NCBI GenBank assembly: GCA_013115145.1
Contig: JAAPAO010000088.1
Location: forward strand, 22,047-86,046
Direction of reading: 5' to 3'
DNA: 64,000 bases
DNA from: Perkinsus chesapeaki ATCC PRA-425
Lineage: Eukaryota > Protista > Perkinsozoa
Within the stretch, counting starts at the first letter, position 1. Each line of letters starts with the position of its first letter. The position numbers were made by a program, and so were the translations under genes. The notes under the pieces were generated by a model. It was not told the origin of the DNA. It did no database searches and saw only the letters and a program-made list of their open reading frames with translations. Below are positions 26,707 to 40,544 of the stretch, one piece after another.

Positions 26707-29700
26707 ATGACAACACGATCGAGGGTGGCTGCCAAGTCAAAGCCAAAACCAGATACTGTAGAGGGTCTGACGGAGGAGGATGAGATACTACAGGGACTGG
26801 CATTACATGAAGATGAGGAGGAGGAAGAGGAGGAAGAAGAAGTGGTAATAGAGGGATTTGGATGGGTGGCGGCAGCATTGTATAGTTCACGTTAACAGTT
26901 ATTACGTTATCATTTACGTTATTAGTTGTATGCATTTTGTTCGGGTTTATATTTATGCTGATATAGGCAGTACTATCATCGGCAAGGATACAATGTAGAG
27001 GTGGCGACTTGATAATAATAATCTTATATAAATTCACATCTATACGGTCTATGTACAATTCCTTATACGTATGTATACATTATAGCACTTCACTGGTTGG
27101 AAGAAAATCGAAAGAGTCGCGTAGACGACCTCTAATGAATCTGCTCCATTGTTCCCGTCAGCCTCCTCAAACTCGAGCAACTGATCTAAGCACACCGGGT
27201 CACGTGAAGGAGTCTTTCTTCGGTATTTCGTATAGGGCGGGATATATTAACTATAATATCCATTAATGTGTATAATTACTGGTAGCTAAGGAACGTATGA
27301 CTAAGTTATATCAGTAGATATTATATATAGAAAGTAAGCTCTGATAACTTGCTCGATCTGTTTCATCGAGTCGAAACAATATTAATATTATTGTGGGATT
27401 TGATACTTCACTCGAAAGCCCTCCCCTGTTATCAGTTGGGTCCCCGTAGACTTTCTCAGAAATTGGTGTTAATTGGTATGTTTCACGTTTGGTTGTCATT
27501 CTTACTGTAGACAAGAATGCTGTATATAGAAGTAGCTAGGCTATAGAGTGCACGCTTGACAATGGATACGCTGAAGCGGACAGTTTGCGGTATTTAGGAT
27601 GATACCGTTATGGGGGAGATTGTCGAGGAGGAGGAGCAGGAGCGGGAAGAGGTTGCTGCGCCAGAGGAGGTAGAGGGTGGAGGCAGCTTCCCTGTAGCGG
27701 TGGAGGAGGACCAACAACAGGAGGACGTAAGGGAAGCATGCGGGGGTTGTAGTTTCAACTTGAGCTTGACTTCTATGCTATGAGAAGCTTCGGAATGTTG
27801 GTCGCAGCTTGTTGGATAGAAAACTTTTGGAGGGAAAATGCGCGAAATTGTCGTGTCGTATGGGAAGTAAAATGTTTTGTTATGTGATTGGTGTTTTTAG
27901 AGTAATGGATCGGAAGTTGTTTTGGAGGAGAGTCCGGAGATCGACGCCTCGCGTACTGGGGAGGCGGGGGACCCGGTAGAGGTGGATGGAGGAGAGACGA
28001 GGGAAGAAGAAACCGGAGCTGATGTTGAGTTGGATGAAGAGGAGCAGCAAGAGGAAGTAATCGAAAGGTCCCTGGTTCGAATCCCGGAGAGGGTATTTTA
28101 GGTTGACTATGGAACTGACGTGGTAATGGAGAGCACGGAGGTGTCTGTTAAAGAGACGCCTGAAAAGGAGGAGAACCCGGAGGTGGAGGCAGAATGTGAA
28201 AAACCGAAACCGAAAGTAGGCGGAGCGAAGCGCTATTTTCTCGGTGTTGAAGGAGTATAATAATTGAAAAATCAAATGATAATAAAATAATCAATTCTGG
28301 AATTAGTCGCTAAACATCTAAGATGGTATGGGATCATCGTCACGCGCCATGAAATTATTTCAGGGTTTCGTGGAGGAGGAAGACTGCGAAGCTGTAGAGG
28401 ATGATGACGCTATCGAAACGGTGTGCGAATTTGGGCCGGCCGATTCGACCTTGGATACCACATTCGATAGAACAGGAGGGATCATCAGCAGTTATTCTAC
28501 AGAGGGGTTTCAATATCTCTTAAGTGGTGTGAGAGCTAATGTTGGTGCTAAACCAGGCAGCAAGAATATATTTGTATTTGAGGTGAGATAGGATGATGAT
28601 TAGAGGAAGGAGCGGTATGATAATGTTAGGTGAGGATTGTGGAGATGCTTACACCGTTGGATGCGCCGAGCTCAAGCCATGCTCATTTGCCTGCTAAAAA
28701 GTAAGGATAGGGCGAGCTAACTCTGCAGTACCCGGAGTATCTTCAACGGTTATCTTCTCTGGACATTCCCCAGTTGAATCATAAGCTTTCCAGTCGAGCC
28801 TAAAATTATCAACGACTCTTTCGGTAAAGGATTCTGCTATACAAAGATGTGCAGGGCAGCTGCGGCTCATGCGTGGACTAAAAGTCCTTGAACAATACCT
28901 TGCAACCTGAGTTACGTTTGAGCTCGAGAAGCACACAACTTGACCGTCTTGGCTCGCGCGGGGTCATTATGGAGGTCAGGTGGTGAACCCCAGATAACCG
29001 CTGACGACAAAAGCTTGAAAATTGACCGGAATTTTATATCAAAAATGTTACCTCCTCGCCACTAGGGCGCACTGTCGTGTGCTGTTTTGAAACTGTGCAG
29101 GCACACGTTGAACAGCGGTAAGCTCGGCCGAGTCCCTCTCTCTGCGAAGTGGTAGAAAATACGCTCTTTAGTGTTGAGAAATTACCGGGATTCCGCGAAA
29201 AACATTTTTTCCTTGCGGACGTATGAGCTCATTCGCTTCTTATTCCGTGCACTATGCAGGCACACTTTGAGGGTGGGGTTTGGTACTCTGGCTGCTGGGG
29301 TGTTGTTGGGGGCACATGAACAGACGATAAGTTTTGATTGTGATGGTGGAATTTGGGAAGGAAAACGTCGACAGAACCACGGTGGAACGAGATTTGGTAG
29401 GCGGAGCGAAGCGATTCAGGAATAGCGGATTTGGATTGGTGGATGATGATGATTGTTAGGTTTGAATGAAACTGTGGCTGTGGTATTGAACTTGGATGAG
29501 AATGCGGAGCATGGTAACACAATATCATTATTTAAAAATGGTGTAAGAGCATGTGAACCGGTGAAGTTAAATAATAATATAATTGGGAAAGAACTTTATC
29601 CGACAATAACATTTAAGAATATTAGAATTCAAGCTAATCTTGGATATAATAAAGATGATAATAGAATAAATGACATCAGCCCATTTGGTGGATTATTACT

Positions 29701-32700
29701 TTCATTACCATTTAAGATAAGATCATTCCAACAAAGTAGTAAAAATGATATTTCTATGAATCCGCGGTATATAAATAATAATAATAAACCAGCTGAAGCT
29801 GTTATGGTTATTGGTTTACCGGATGAAGGGGTATTTGATTATGTTGATTATATTATTAAACAGAATCCATATAAATATGTTGAACTATCAGAAAGGACTA
29901 TGTTCGATTGGTAACATCACCACCACCACCATCGAACAATCTTCGGCGCCACTTCTTCAATAGGTTGAAAAAATCCGGATTAAAAACCCTTCGGAGGACC
30001 GGATTAGGCTCGAACGATCGTCCAGCCCACCAATATGGTGTAAAGCCTCTAGATGTCCACACGGGAATGATCAGGCAGCTTCGAAGGTTCTTGGATAATG
30101 CTCAGCACGAGAGATCTGTGGTAGGTTGGGGAAGGAGGGAACGGTACTAGCGTACTTGGCATACACCTACTGCGAGTGATGTATAAATTCAAGATATACT
30201 GGCCTATTTAGCGGTGGCTTTCACATGACTGTGATACATTTCAAAATTAGTGTTTCCATTCGTCGAAATGCAACAGTTATGGCAAAATACCTGATTTGTA
30301 TAACAGTTTAGGTCGCACTGTATACCTAGTCTTTGGGGCATTAGTAATGGCGCGAAAATTTAATTTTTAATTTTTGATGTGACTCGTTACGAAAATTGCA
30401 GTTGAAGAATCTTGGATAGGTAACACGGTGCTTGGTAGAAAGTTACGTGGTGGGGGTTTTCGCATCAAAAGAAAATTGTCTCGAGAGAAATCTTCCTGGG
30501 GATAATTGAGGACGTAATTGAAATGTATTAAGATGAAGCGTGCGCTGAAGCCGAGGATTTTTTGTTATACTTTTCCCTGTGCCTTCCCGCTTTGGCCTGC
30601 TGTTACCCTTTTCGTTCAGTTGCATGTTGAAATTGAACGAGGGCTCTCGGCAACCGAGAGGAAGAAGCTCATGTCGGATTACACCACAAAGAAACGTAAG
30701 AAAGGGTCAGTTGGTGGATTTGGAAAGTGCTGGTGTGTCAGGCGTGGCGGTGGTATGCGTTGGGCGACCAGATGAGGGTTATCTGGACTACACTAGAGGG
30801 TTGGTGAGGGCTGATTTGGAGAGGAAGAAAGGAACGAAGGCTAGGGCGGAATATAAGAAGAAGCTTACTGAGTTTAATAAGAAAAAGGCGGAGAGAGAGG
30901 CACAGAAGAAGCGTAAAAATATAGGCTACTTGCCGAGTGTGTTTTTCTCCTTTAACTGCATCACTTGTTTTTCCTATCTTTTATGTGTGTTTGTACTCTT
31001 TGGCTTATTTATTTAATTTGCCTTGTTCATCATACTGTATATTCCTAAAGTGTCATTGGTTCTGTGTAGGTGAGTCTCTAATGGAAGCAGCTGCTAAAGC
31101 TCGTAAGGATGCAGCTGAGGAAGCAAGGCAGAAGAGGCAGGAGGCAGCGGCGAGGGCAGCAGCTGCTAAGAAGGCAGCGGAGGCTCGGACTTCGGGAGCA
31201 GGAACTGGAGACACAGTGAGCCCGGTGAGATTATTGACGAGATCGATATTCCATTATAGTATTGGTAAATAATGTGGGCCAAGACCTCTCCCACTGTTAC
31301 ACCCACCGCTATCCGGACGGCGTTTCGCTGGCTCGAAATAATGTCCAAGTCCGATAGACATTTGTTAGTTAACATACTGTGATTATTGGAAAGGTTAATG
31401 GTAGTGTTTTTAGACTGCTGGAGGTAGCGGCCATAGCGTTGGTGGTGCGGAGATGGGCGCTGATGGTGGGGAAGAAGCTAGTGGAGAGAAGAAAGAGGAG
31501 GAGGAGCGTCAGCCGCAGATGCCTGACGTAGAGGTTACTGTGGAGGAGATAACAGCTAAGATGTAATAGGAGGGGAACGTTGGGACTGGAACCAAACCCA
31601 TCAAGTGCTGAGATATCTGTCGGCAGACTTAATTTAAGCTGACTTTAGCCTAAGAACAGTCTTCAACGGGTGAGAGATGTGAAGATCTCCAGCTCGACGG
31701 AACTATCCTCCTCCGCCGGCGACATACTAGCCAAACCCGTTCGAGTATCACTTACTTCAGCGTCATTCACTGCTCATCATGATCATCGTGTACATGTAGC
31801 TCTTCAAGGATGCTACCAATCTTGGAATGCACAAGACAGAAAATTTTCATCGTTTTTTCGTACGACTCTCCGCTGGAGGGCAGTGTTGAGAAAAGCAGGT
31901 TTTTGCTTTTAGGTCGGGCAATGGTCGTTTCCGGCAGCTCTCTCTGCCTGACATGACCCACGATGCGGTATCATCGTCGTATCTGCGATTTTCGCTGCCG
32001 TCACCAACGGATGAATTAAAGCCTGGAATACCGGTATTTAACGAAATTAGATTTGTGTGGGATGAGGAGGAGGAAGCTAGAAGGTGGGGGGGGTCTGAGG
32101 GGTCAAGAGTAGCGGGAGAAACGGTATGAGATTTCACACAGTGAGAGCGTAAAATTTTCGACCTCTCTGTGGTGCGACCGACTGCGGTTTGAGCATGCAG
32201 TGGAAAATCTTACACAGTTTTCGTATCCGAATGAGTGTCGATTTGGGGGGATCAGAATGACGTAAAAGCGGCAGGTTTCTCTGTGGAAATTTTTCGGAGG
32301 TGAGAATGGCTGGAGCTAGATGATGACATTATTATTGAACTGCCAACACGCTCCAATTTGATCGAGAAGTACTATTTCTAAGTTTCTCGGTTATTTGGTA
32401 GTTACGCCATAACCATTGGTTTGTTGGAGTTGGGGAACTCAGTTTGAAACTGTCATAGAAAAAATTAAACCAACGGGGGGTGCAGGAGTTCGCGGGGTAT
32501 CCATTTCCGAAAAGTTGGTGGTGTGGGGGACATGGTGATTGTGTGTTAGGTATCTGTCGGATTGGATTCGCAAGCATAAGATAGTGGAAAAAGTGGCGTC
32601 GATAAAGGGGCCCAGTGAATGGTTCACCAAGCAGTTTGAGTCCTGGGCCCAGGCTAAGGTGGAATGGAGGAAGCTAGATAGGATGTATAGGGACAAGAAG

Positions 32701-34507
32701 GGGAGCGAGGATAAAAAGGGTAAGAAATGCCGCAGGGGGGAATCGAACCTGGGTTCGATAGGTGGGGAAGAGCAGAGCACAGAGGAGGAGGATGTCTGGG
32801 CTGCCGAGGACATTGATAATGTCGATGGCGAGCAGACGCCGCTGTACGGTCGATTCGAGGCTGTTGACTGGAATCTGCTGGGCACGCGGTTTGAGCTGCA
32901 CTTGCTGTGTCACTCGTTCAAGAAGGACTGCTCTGATGAGGATATTACCGGAATTCATCGGAGCCTGTTGGAGTACTATTATCATCTTTACTTCAAGAAA
33001 TCTTTAGTGCCGGGACTATGCGGAGCGAAGAGCATAAATGAGTTGCTGGATCGGCTGGTAACTGACACTATTATGGTTGGAGTTGATGGGGTACTGGCTG
33101 CTGTCCACGAAGTCGATACGCCATTCTCGACCTTTGTGAGGTTGACGGAGGCGGCCAGGAGAGAACGGCAGAAGTTGATAGAAGCAGGGGATAAGTCGGT
33201 TGTGTTGGTTGTGAAGGAGCCGGTTGAAAATCATCATCACCATCATCATGATGAGCGGAGCGAAGCTAAGAGCAATTCGGTGCGAAGGCGGCCGTCTGGT
33301 GGATCCAGGAGAGGACCATCGGATGGACGTTGGAGGAGCACAGTGCCGCGTGGAGGGAAGGGTATGGGAGGAGGAGGAGGACCAAGGCGAAGCGACAGCT
33401 CAGGTGGGAAAGGGAAATTGTGTCGGGGAAGTATTTTACCTTTATATATTTTGTGGCGCGCAGTTTTTATCTTGTCAGTTTCCCTGCGTCCCGCTCCTAC
33501 AGCTCCTCCACCCCAGGCATCAGCTATGCCGTATCGACAAGCCCCTCCTATGCAGACAGTTCGCCGGCCACGTTCTCCCCCTCCCCCTCGAGGCCCACCA
33601 CAACATGTCTCGCATGCCCCTACAAGAATAGACCATCGGCCAGCGGTGCCGCCACAGTTTAGTGGTCCACCGGGCCAACCGAGAGTTATCGCTTATAATA
33701 GATTCTCGGCGAGTGCGAAGGCTATGCCGAGCCAGCAACAGCAGCAGATTATGAGACCACAATATGGGACTAATCAGTATAATAGCGGGTAGCACCGCAC
33801 TGGGGAGATTCTTAAGGATTCACTGTATCTGCGCACTGTGAAGATTTTCAGGATTCACTATATCTGCGCACTGTCAAGATTCTTGAGGATTTACTGTATC
33901 TGCGCACTGTGAAGATTCTTGAGGATTTACTATATCTGCGCACTGTGAAGATTTTCAGGATTTACTGTATCTGCGCACTGTGAAGATTCTTGAGGATTTA
34001 CTATATCTGCGCACTGTGAAGATTTTTGTGTACAGGTACAAGCGTGCGTATCCAAGCGCATCTTCTTCCACTCTCCCTCCTCCAGCAGCAGCAGCTTCGG
34101 GCCAACAGCAATACTATGTTTCCAACGAGAGCCCGAATAAACGCTATAGAGGCTATGGGGAAGGAGGAGGAGGAGGGAAAGGAGGGGCATCATGGGAGCA
34201 ACCTAGAGGTAGACATGGGCTATCGTCACTGCGCCACGAAATTATTACCTCGGCAGGGTTTTATTTCGGAGTGCCGGTGGCTGTACAGTGTACATGCATT
34301 GTTTTGTGAGATCTTCCAAATTCGTAATTTCCTGTCAAATTTTTCCTAGTGTGAATCTCGGCGGTTTGACGACCGTCACGCACTTTTCGAGCTTGTTTTC
34401 TCCCAACAGGTGGTCCGAGCAATACCGGCAACCCAGGTTACCATTATCGACGCTTCTCTGGAGGACCTCCTCCCCCGGCAGCAGCTGCCCAGCCTCGACG
34501 GTATTAG
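26707..34507 (+). CDS. hnRNP U-like protein (acidic N-terminus, SPRY-like domain, degenerate P-loop, G/P/Q-rich tail), paralog A
   Basis: GFQYLLSGVRANVG...FEV; VAVVLNLD...NTISLFKNG.RACEP...LYPTITFKN (SPRY-like); VMVIGLPDEGVFDY; PLYGRFEAVDWNLLGTRFELHLLCHSFKKD...YYYHLYFKK. Putative last exon ...GGPPPPAAAAQPRRY* ends at 34507. This architecture matches dinoflagellate hnRNP U-like proteins as I recall them. Confidence 0.7.
33796..34027. repeat. 36-bp minisatellite (cgcactgtgaagattcttgaggatttactgtatctg), about 6 copies, intronic
   Basis: cgcactg recurs at 36-bp spacing from 33796. Confidence 0.95.
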
Positions 34508-34899
34508 TTGTGATAGAGTTAATAGTATAGACAGTGGTATGTAAGACGTTTTATGCACACAAAGGAGGAGACAGTTTGTGTTAAGGACGGGCAGGGCGGC
34601 GGGGTCATGTGTGCAGTGGTGGCTCGGGAAATGGCGATGACTGTCGGTTGCCTCCCTCAGTGGAGGTCTACACTGGTCAGGTGGCGTGAGAATATATACT
34701 CTGGGGGAGGAGACGAAGAGGGAAATTTCACGGGGTTTCCTTTCCTGGGCAACAAGGGTGGATTCTAGTACGGTTCTTCGGGGAGTGGAGGGTCAGGGAA
34801 AGTTATTTACTGCTCAAGGCTCCCATCAGTCAATTGTCCACCTACACCTTTCATCCCATTTCAATGGAGACCGCCACGGACATAGGTGAAGTAAAGCTG

Positions 34900-37800
34900 C
34901 TGCCAACGCCGCCAGTGGAAGGTCAGACGACCGAGGTGGTGAGTTGGTGATGGGGAGAGGGGGGATAAGATGGTGGTCAGGCTGCTCAGGCAGCTGGTAG
35001 TAATAAGGACGTTGAGATGGCCGATGCTGCTGGAAGCGACAAGCCGACTGAGAAGGCGGTAGAGGAACCGGTAGGCTGGGTTGGCCAGGGGGCGCGGGTA
35101 AATGTGTTTAAGATGATAATATAAAAGGCGATGGGATTGATAAGAAGTGGATGTGCTGAGGACATTAAAGTACCGTTCTTTGGGCATCTTCTGCATTATC
35201 CACCCCATGAACACTGGATTAAGGACATTCCACGTAGTGCACTTGGTGAGGTAGAAATCCTCTTATGGCCAAAAAGGCTACACTCGTCGAGCGTCGAACA
35301 AAATGTAGTGTGTAGATTGCCAGTTGTTAATTGTGATATAAGTGCTTGAGCATCTGTCGACTCCACCGACCTGGTTCTGTCTGTAGGTGTTCCAGGAGGA
35401 GTCTGATTGCGCGGAGGACAAGAGTGCGAGAGTGAATGTGAAGTGCGAATTTGGCACTTTTGACTCGACCTTGGATACCTATTTCGATGAGACCAACGGC
35501 GTCATCAGCAGTTATTCTACAGAGGGGTTCCAATATCTGTTAAGTGGTGTGAGAGCTAATGTTGGTGCTAAACCAGGCAGTAAGAATATATTTGTATTTG
35601 AGGTGAGATAGGATGATGATTAGAGGAAGGAGCGGTATGATAATGTTAGGTGAGGATTGTGGAGATGTTGTCGGTATTGGATTCCCCTTGCAATGCTCAA
35701 GCTCAGCTGCCTCCGCATAGGTAAGACCACAGGGGCACTGAGGATTTAAGGGATGGCGCTTCGTTGAAGGAGCGCCGACGAAGGGGATAGAAACGTGGAG
35801 AGGCTTGGGTTGTGCGAGAATGAACAAAGGTCCGCCAGGGGCATGGGTATCTTGGCAGCATCGGAAAACGGTCAAGAGGGGCGTAACGCACGTACCGACG
35901 AGACACCTGAGGAAGGTCGGACGCTTCGGCTTGGCGATACACGGTCGGTGGTTAAGCGGAGGAATTTTTTCATCTAGAGACCGAGAAGAGTCCTTGGCGC
36001 ATTAAACTGTAGGCTGTGAGATTTGACTTATATCGTAACACATGACAAATATTAATGTGTGGTTGTTGTGTTACTGTCTCTGCAGCTTCTTGGCTGTCTC
36101 CCCTGCTGCTTTATCTGGAGCCCATTGAGGTGGCTGAGATGGTAAGGAAAAGTACGGGGAAGGAAAATGCATCATAATTTTCATTCGTGCGAGGGCACCC
36201 CCGGTTGAGCTTTCTGCCTGAGCCACACTAGCACCCACCACGGGCACGATACCAGGGGAACGCGCCACTATAGAAGCCGAACGGTCACGACACAAAACAA
36301 GGAGAGGAAGCAAACGCCATAGCAGGCAGAAACTCGGCTGGGGATGGAGGCCACTGAAGATCGGAGCGCTAGACAGATTCGATGAAAATTAATATATAAA
36401 GTCTGTTAGTAGAGATGATTAATGTAGAGGAGGGAGATAGTTTATATATATTATTTTGAATAGGAATGAACTGCTGGATGTGGCTCTATTCATCATTGCT
36501 CAGGCATGTGATGAGAGTTGGCTTCACTACCCTCGACGGTGGTCTGCTATTGGGGGACTCCGAATTGGGGGTTGGTTTTGATGCTGGTTTGGATAACAGG
36601 ATGTATGCCCCAGGGACACCAGGTGGGAATCTTGCAATCTTGATAAATCTTGCACTTTCTCAATGTGTTCAGCGGCCCCTAGTATAATAATGGGAACTAA
36701 TGTTGCACCGAATGCTCCCACTGCAGCTTTTGGTGAGTCTTGAAGAAATGCGGGCGGTGGGGATCGAACCTGCGTGGTCCTGCAGGTCTCAATGACGTGG
36801 TGGCTGTGGTATTAAACTTGAATGAGAATGCGGAGCATGGTAACACAATATCATTATTTAAAAATGGTATAAGAGCATGTGAACCGGTGAAGTTAAATAA
36901 TAATATAATTGGGAAAGAACTTTATCCGACAATAACATTTAAGAATATTAGAATACAAGCTAATCTTGGATATAATAAAGATGATAATAGAATAAATGAC
37001 ATCAGCCCATTTGGTGGATTATTACTTTCATTACCATTTAAGATAAGATCATTCCAACAAAGTAGTAAAAATGATATTTCTATGAATCCGCGGTATATAA
37101 ATAATAATAATAAACCAGCTGAAGCTGTTATGGTTATTGGTTTACCGGATGAAGGGGTATTTGATTATGTTGATTATATTATTAAACAGAATCCATATAA
37201 ATATGTTGAACTATCAGAAAGGACTATGTTCGATTGGTAACATCACCACCACCACCATCGAACAATCTTCGGCGCCACTAACTTCTGTTCAGGTTCAAAG
37301 CCTCGGCTCTCCGCCCTATCAGACGGGGCCCGGTGGCGTCCAACGACAGGCCGGACTTTCTTTTTGGTATTCAACCGATGGACGAAGGCTTCGTTCGCCA
37401 GCAGCTGAGGGAGTTTGCGAAAATGCCTCACGGGAAGAAAAACTTGGTAGGCGGAGCGAAGCGGCTGGTTGCATAGGTTATGGTAGGTTATGGTGGAGAT
37501 ACGAGGAGGGTTGTTGGAGGAGGAAAGAGATAAGATAGTGGAACAGTTCCCAAATAGAGAACGTAAGCTACCTGAGGGTGTTGGGTATGTTACGCTAATC
37601 GGGATAGAGGGGGGATAGAAAGTAGGAGCAATGGGAACTCGATGGATGGTCCCCGAGTGGGTTTGTTATCTTCAAGGGCAATTCCTATAGGATTACTATA
37701 TAATAACCGTCAAAGCATCATACTGATTACCGCAATTCCTATATACATTCTTGGCGATGCACTACTGAAGTGAATGGAAGTGAGCCTTATAGTGAAGCTT

Positions 37801-40144
37801 CCTCTTTATAAAGGGAGATGGAGCGTCTGGTAAGGTTGTTATTGATTTTAGGCACTGCTGTGGTGTGCGTTGGTAAGCCTAATGAAGAGTATCTTAAGTA
37901 CGTGAAGGACATAGTGAAAGATGAGATATTCGCGGAGAAGGAGCTGGTGAGGGAAAGGAAGCTGAATGTCATGAAGCAGGAGTTCAATATAAGGCAGGCG
38001 GAAAGGGAAAGGCTTAAAAAAGGTAGGGTGTGGGAATCGAACCTGCGTGGAGAAATTGACTGATTAGTGCGTGAGGCTGCGAAGGCGGCTGAGAAGGCCC
38101 GAGTAGAGGCTGCGGAGGAGGCTAGAAGGAAGAGGGAGGAAGCTGCGAAGGCAGAGGGGAAGGAGGAAGGGGAAGAGGCGTCGACTGAGGAGGATCAGAA
38201 AATGCCAGAGACTACTGAAGAAACGGAGGTACTGGGGGTTGAACCGGGGACCTATCCAGAGGAGGCCAAGAACCGTTCCTGAGCGAAGTGGGGAGTTCAA
38301 ACCGGTTATACGACGTGAATGGCTTTTGGATGGGTAGCTCCAGAGCTGTGGTTGATGTGGTTATTTTCATGAAGGGTAGCCAACTGGAGGGCTACTAGGT
38401 GGCCGTCATTGCTGTCGTTGGCGCGGAGATAGTAGCAAGTGGTTTAAAGTATTCTTGGAGTAGCTCGTGAGGGAGTGAGGTCGTTAAGGTGCCTTTGTGT
38501 GCTCAGGAAGCCGCTCAGGGAGAGAAGAAGAAAGAGGCTGAAGAGAAAAAGGAGGAAGAGGTCGAAGAGGAGGAAGAGCCCGAGCCTACTTTGCCTCCTA
38601 CGGAAGTTACGGATGAGGAGATCAATCAGAGAATGTAGTTGAAGAGATGAAGGCAAAGGATTCTAGCATAGTTGGGGCTTTCAGGTCGAATGGGATGTAT
38701 AGGAAGATGCCCTTTAGTGACATAAGCCACAGGGCGCTCTCTGAATGCTATCTAAACTTCACGTTGCCGAAGGATGCGGAGAAAACTCCTAAGGGATTGA
38801 AGGCTTTCGATAAGGTTAAGTTCGTGTGGGAAAAAAGAGCTGCGGCTGAGAAGTAGGTAATTTCGTGGGGCAGTGAAAAAGTTTTCACTTCAGGAAGCTG
38901 CAAGGGTGGGTCAAGGGCCACAAAGTCGTTGAGAAGGTCGCTAGTATAACTGGACCGACCGACTGGTTTAAGCAGCAAATGGAGGCTTGGATGAACACTA
39001 AGCTCGAGTGGCGGAAGGCGCAGAGGATCTATCAGGAGGAACAAGCCAAGGAGAAGGTTAAGAAGACAGAGGAGGAGAAGGAAACTAAGGAGGAGACCGA
39101 AGGTGATTTGGGGAAAAATCGGTATGAGAAATCACTGCTATTAGATGAGAAAATGCCGGAGAAGACCGAGGAGGAAAGCTTTGCCGAAGTGGACGTTTGG
39201 GCACCTGAGAACGTATGCGATGTGGACGGCAAGAAGACGCCATTATTCTCGAAGTTCCAGCTGGTCGATTGGCAGCTGATGAATCTTCGCTATGAGCTCC
39301 ATCTCCTCTGCCACGCATTTGAGCGCGACGCTACCTCCCAGGACGCGGACCTGAAGGGCATACATAAAACACTGTTGCAGCATTATTATCAGACGTATGT
39401 GATGAGGGGGGTGCTGGTACCGTCTCTATATGGAGCTCACAGCCTGGAGCAAATCTTGGACAGTCTACTGGTGGATAGTATTATGGTTGACCAGAATGGG
39501 GTATTGAAGGCGGTTCACGATATTGACGCTCCTTTGTCTACTTTTGTGCGGTTGACGGAAGCGGCGAGGAGGGAAAGGGAGGCAAAGGTCGCTGGTGGTG
39601 ACGAGAGCGCGAAGCTGACGGTTATTCAGCCAGTAGCGTCACATTATGGGAAGGGAGGAGCTAGACGGTCGGACTACTCTAGAGGAGGAGGAAGCTACCA
39701 AAGCTATCAGCAGCATAGCGGGCCTTATCACCAAAGATGTAGTTAGGGTTGAAGGCTTTTGTTGTGGTGATGGTTTACGTCAGATAATCCGGCTTCGAGT
39801 AGAGGGTCTGGTGGAGGCCAATACCAGAGAGGGTGAGTTATGGAGGGATGTGACTTTCTGACACCTCTAGCTGTTAAGGTATCAATCGAGCGGTAAGGGA
39901 TATGCTAGTGGAGGGCCTCAGCAACAGCCACAATACCACACGTGAGGGGGGCGTGGGGTGAGGGATTGAGGGAAGGTGGTGTTTCAGGTACAAACGGCCA
40001 TATGACAGCGCGCCCTATGATCAATCTAAGAGGCAAAAAGGAGGTAGTGCATGGGCAGGTTTCACGCGCCACGAAATTGGTGTTGCAGGCGGAGCACCTT
40101 ACTATCCTGGTGGTGGCGGCAAGGGGTACAGTAGACAGTATTAA
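34900..40144 (+). CDS. hnRNP U-like protein, paralog B; start codon not resolved
   Basis: Same exon series as paralog A: GFQYLLSGVRANVG, the SPRY-like exon 36795-37240, and PLFSKFQLVDWQLMNLRYELHLLCHAFERD. Putative last exon GGAPYYPGGGGKGYSRQY* ends at 40144. Confidence 0.7.
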
Positions 40145-40544
40145 AAGGTCGATACTGATTTAAGGTGTAGGGCTACCTTAGATAAAGAATATTACGATTC
40201 TCATAGCATTTGGATTGCGTTGGTAGGGGCTAGACTGTGATGGAGGAGAGGGCCCCGTATCTTTTTTAGTGGGTCTTTGTGTACCATTTGCTACCTTGAC
40301 AAGATAGGTCCTCTCAGGCGAATCTATTTCCTTGGGCAGCTCTCGACATTTTTCGTACAGTGTAGCGAATCTCAGGGGGATATTTGGGAGGTCATTGGCA
40401 GTAGTAGTTTGATAGACTGCGAAGTAAGCTCATTGCTTTAGTTATTTTATATTTAGCATAGTAATTGGATAGATAAAGCGGTCACTAAGCAAGGGCGCAG
40501 CTTGTTGGTCGGTGTATTGCTAAGGTTATAGTTATTTGTTAAAA

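Noticed and set aside
32539-33792. 417-aa ORF as a standalone gene
   Set aside because: It is the 3' part of hnRNP U-like paralog A and probably reads through short in-frame introns.
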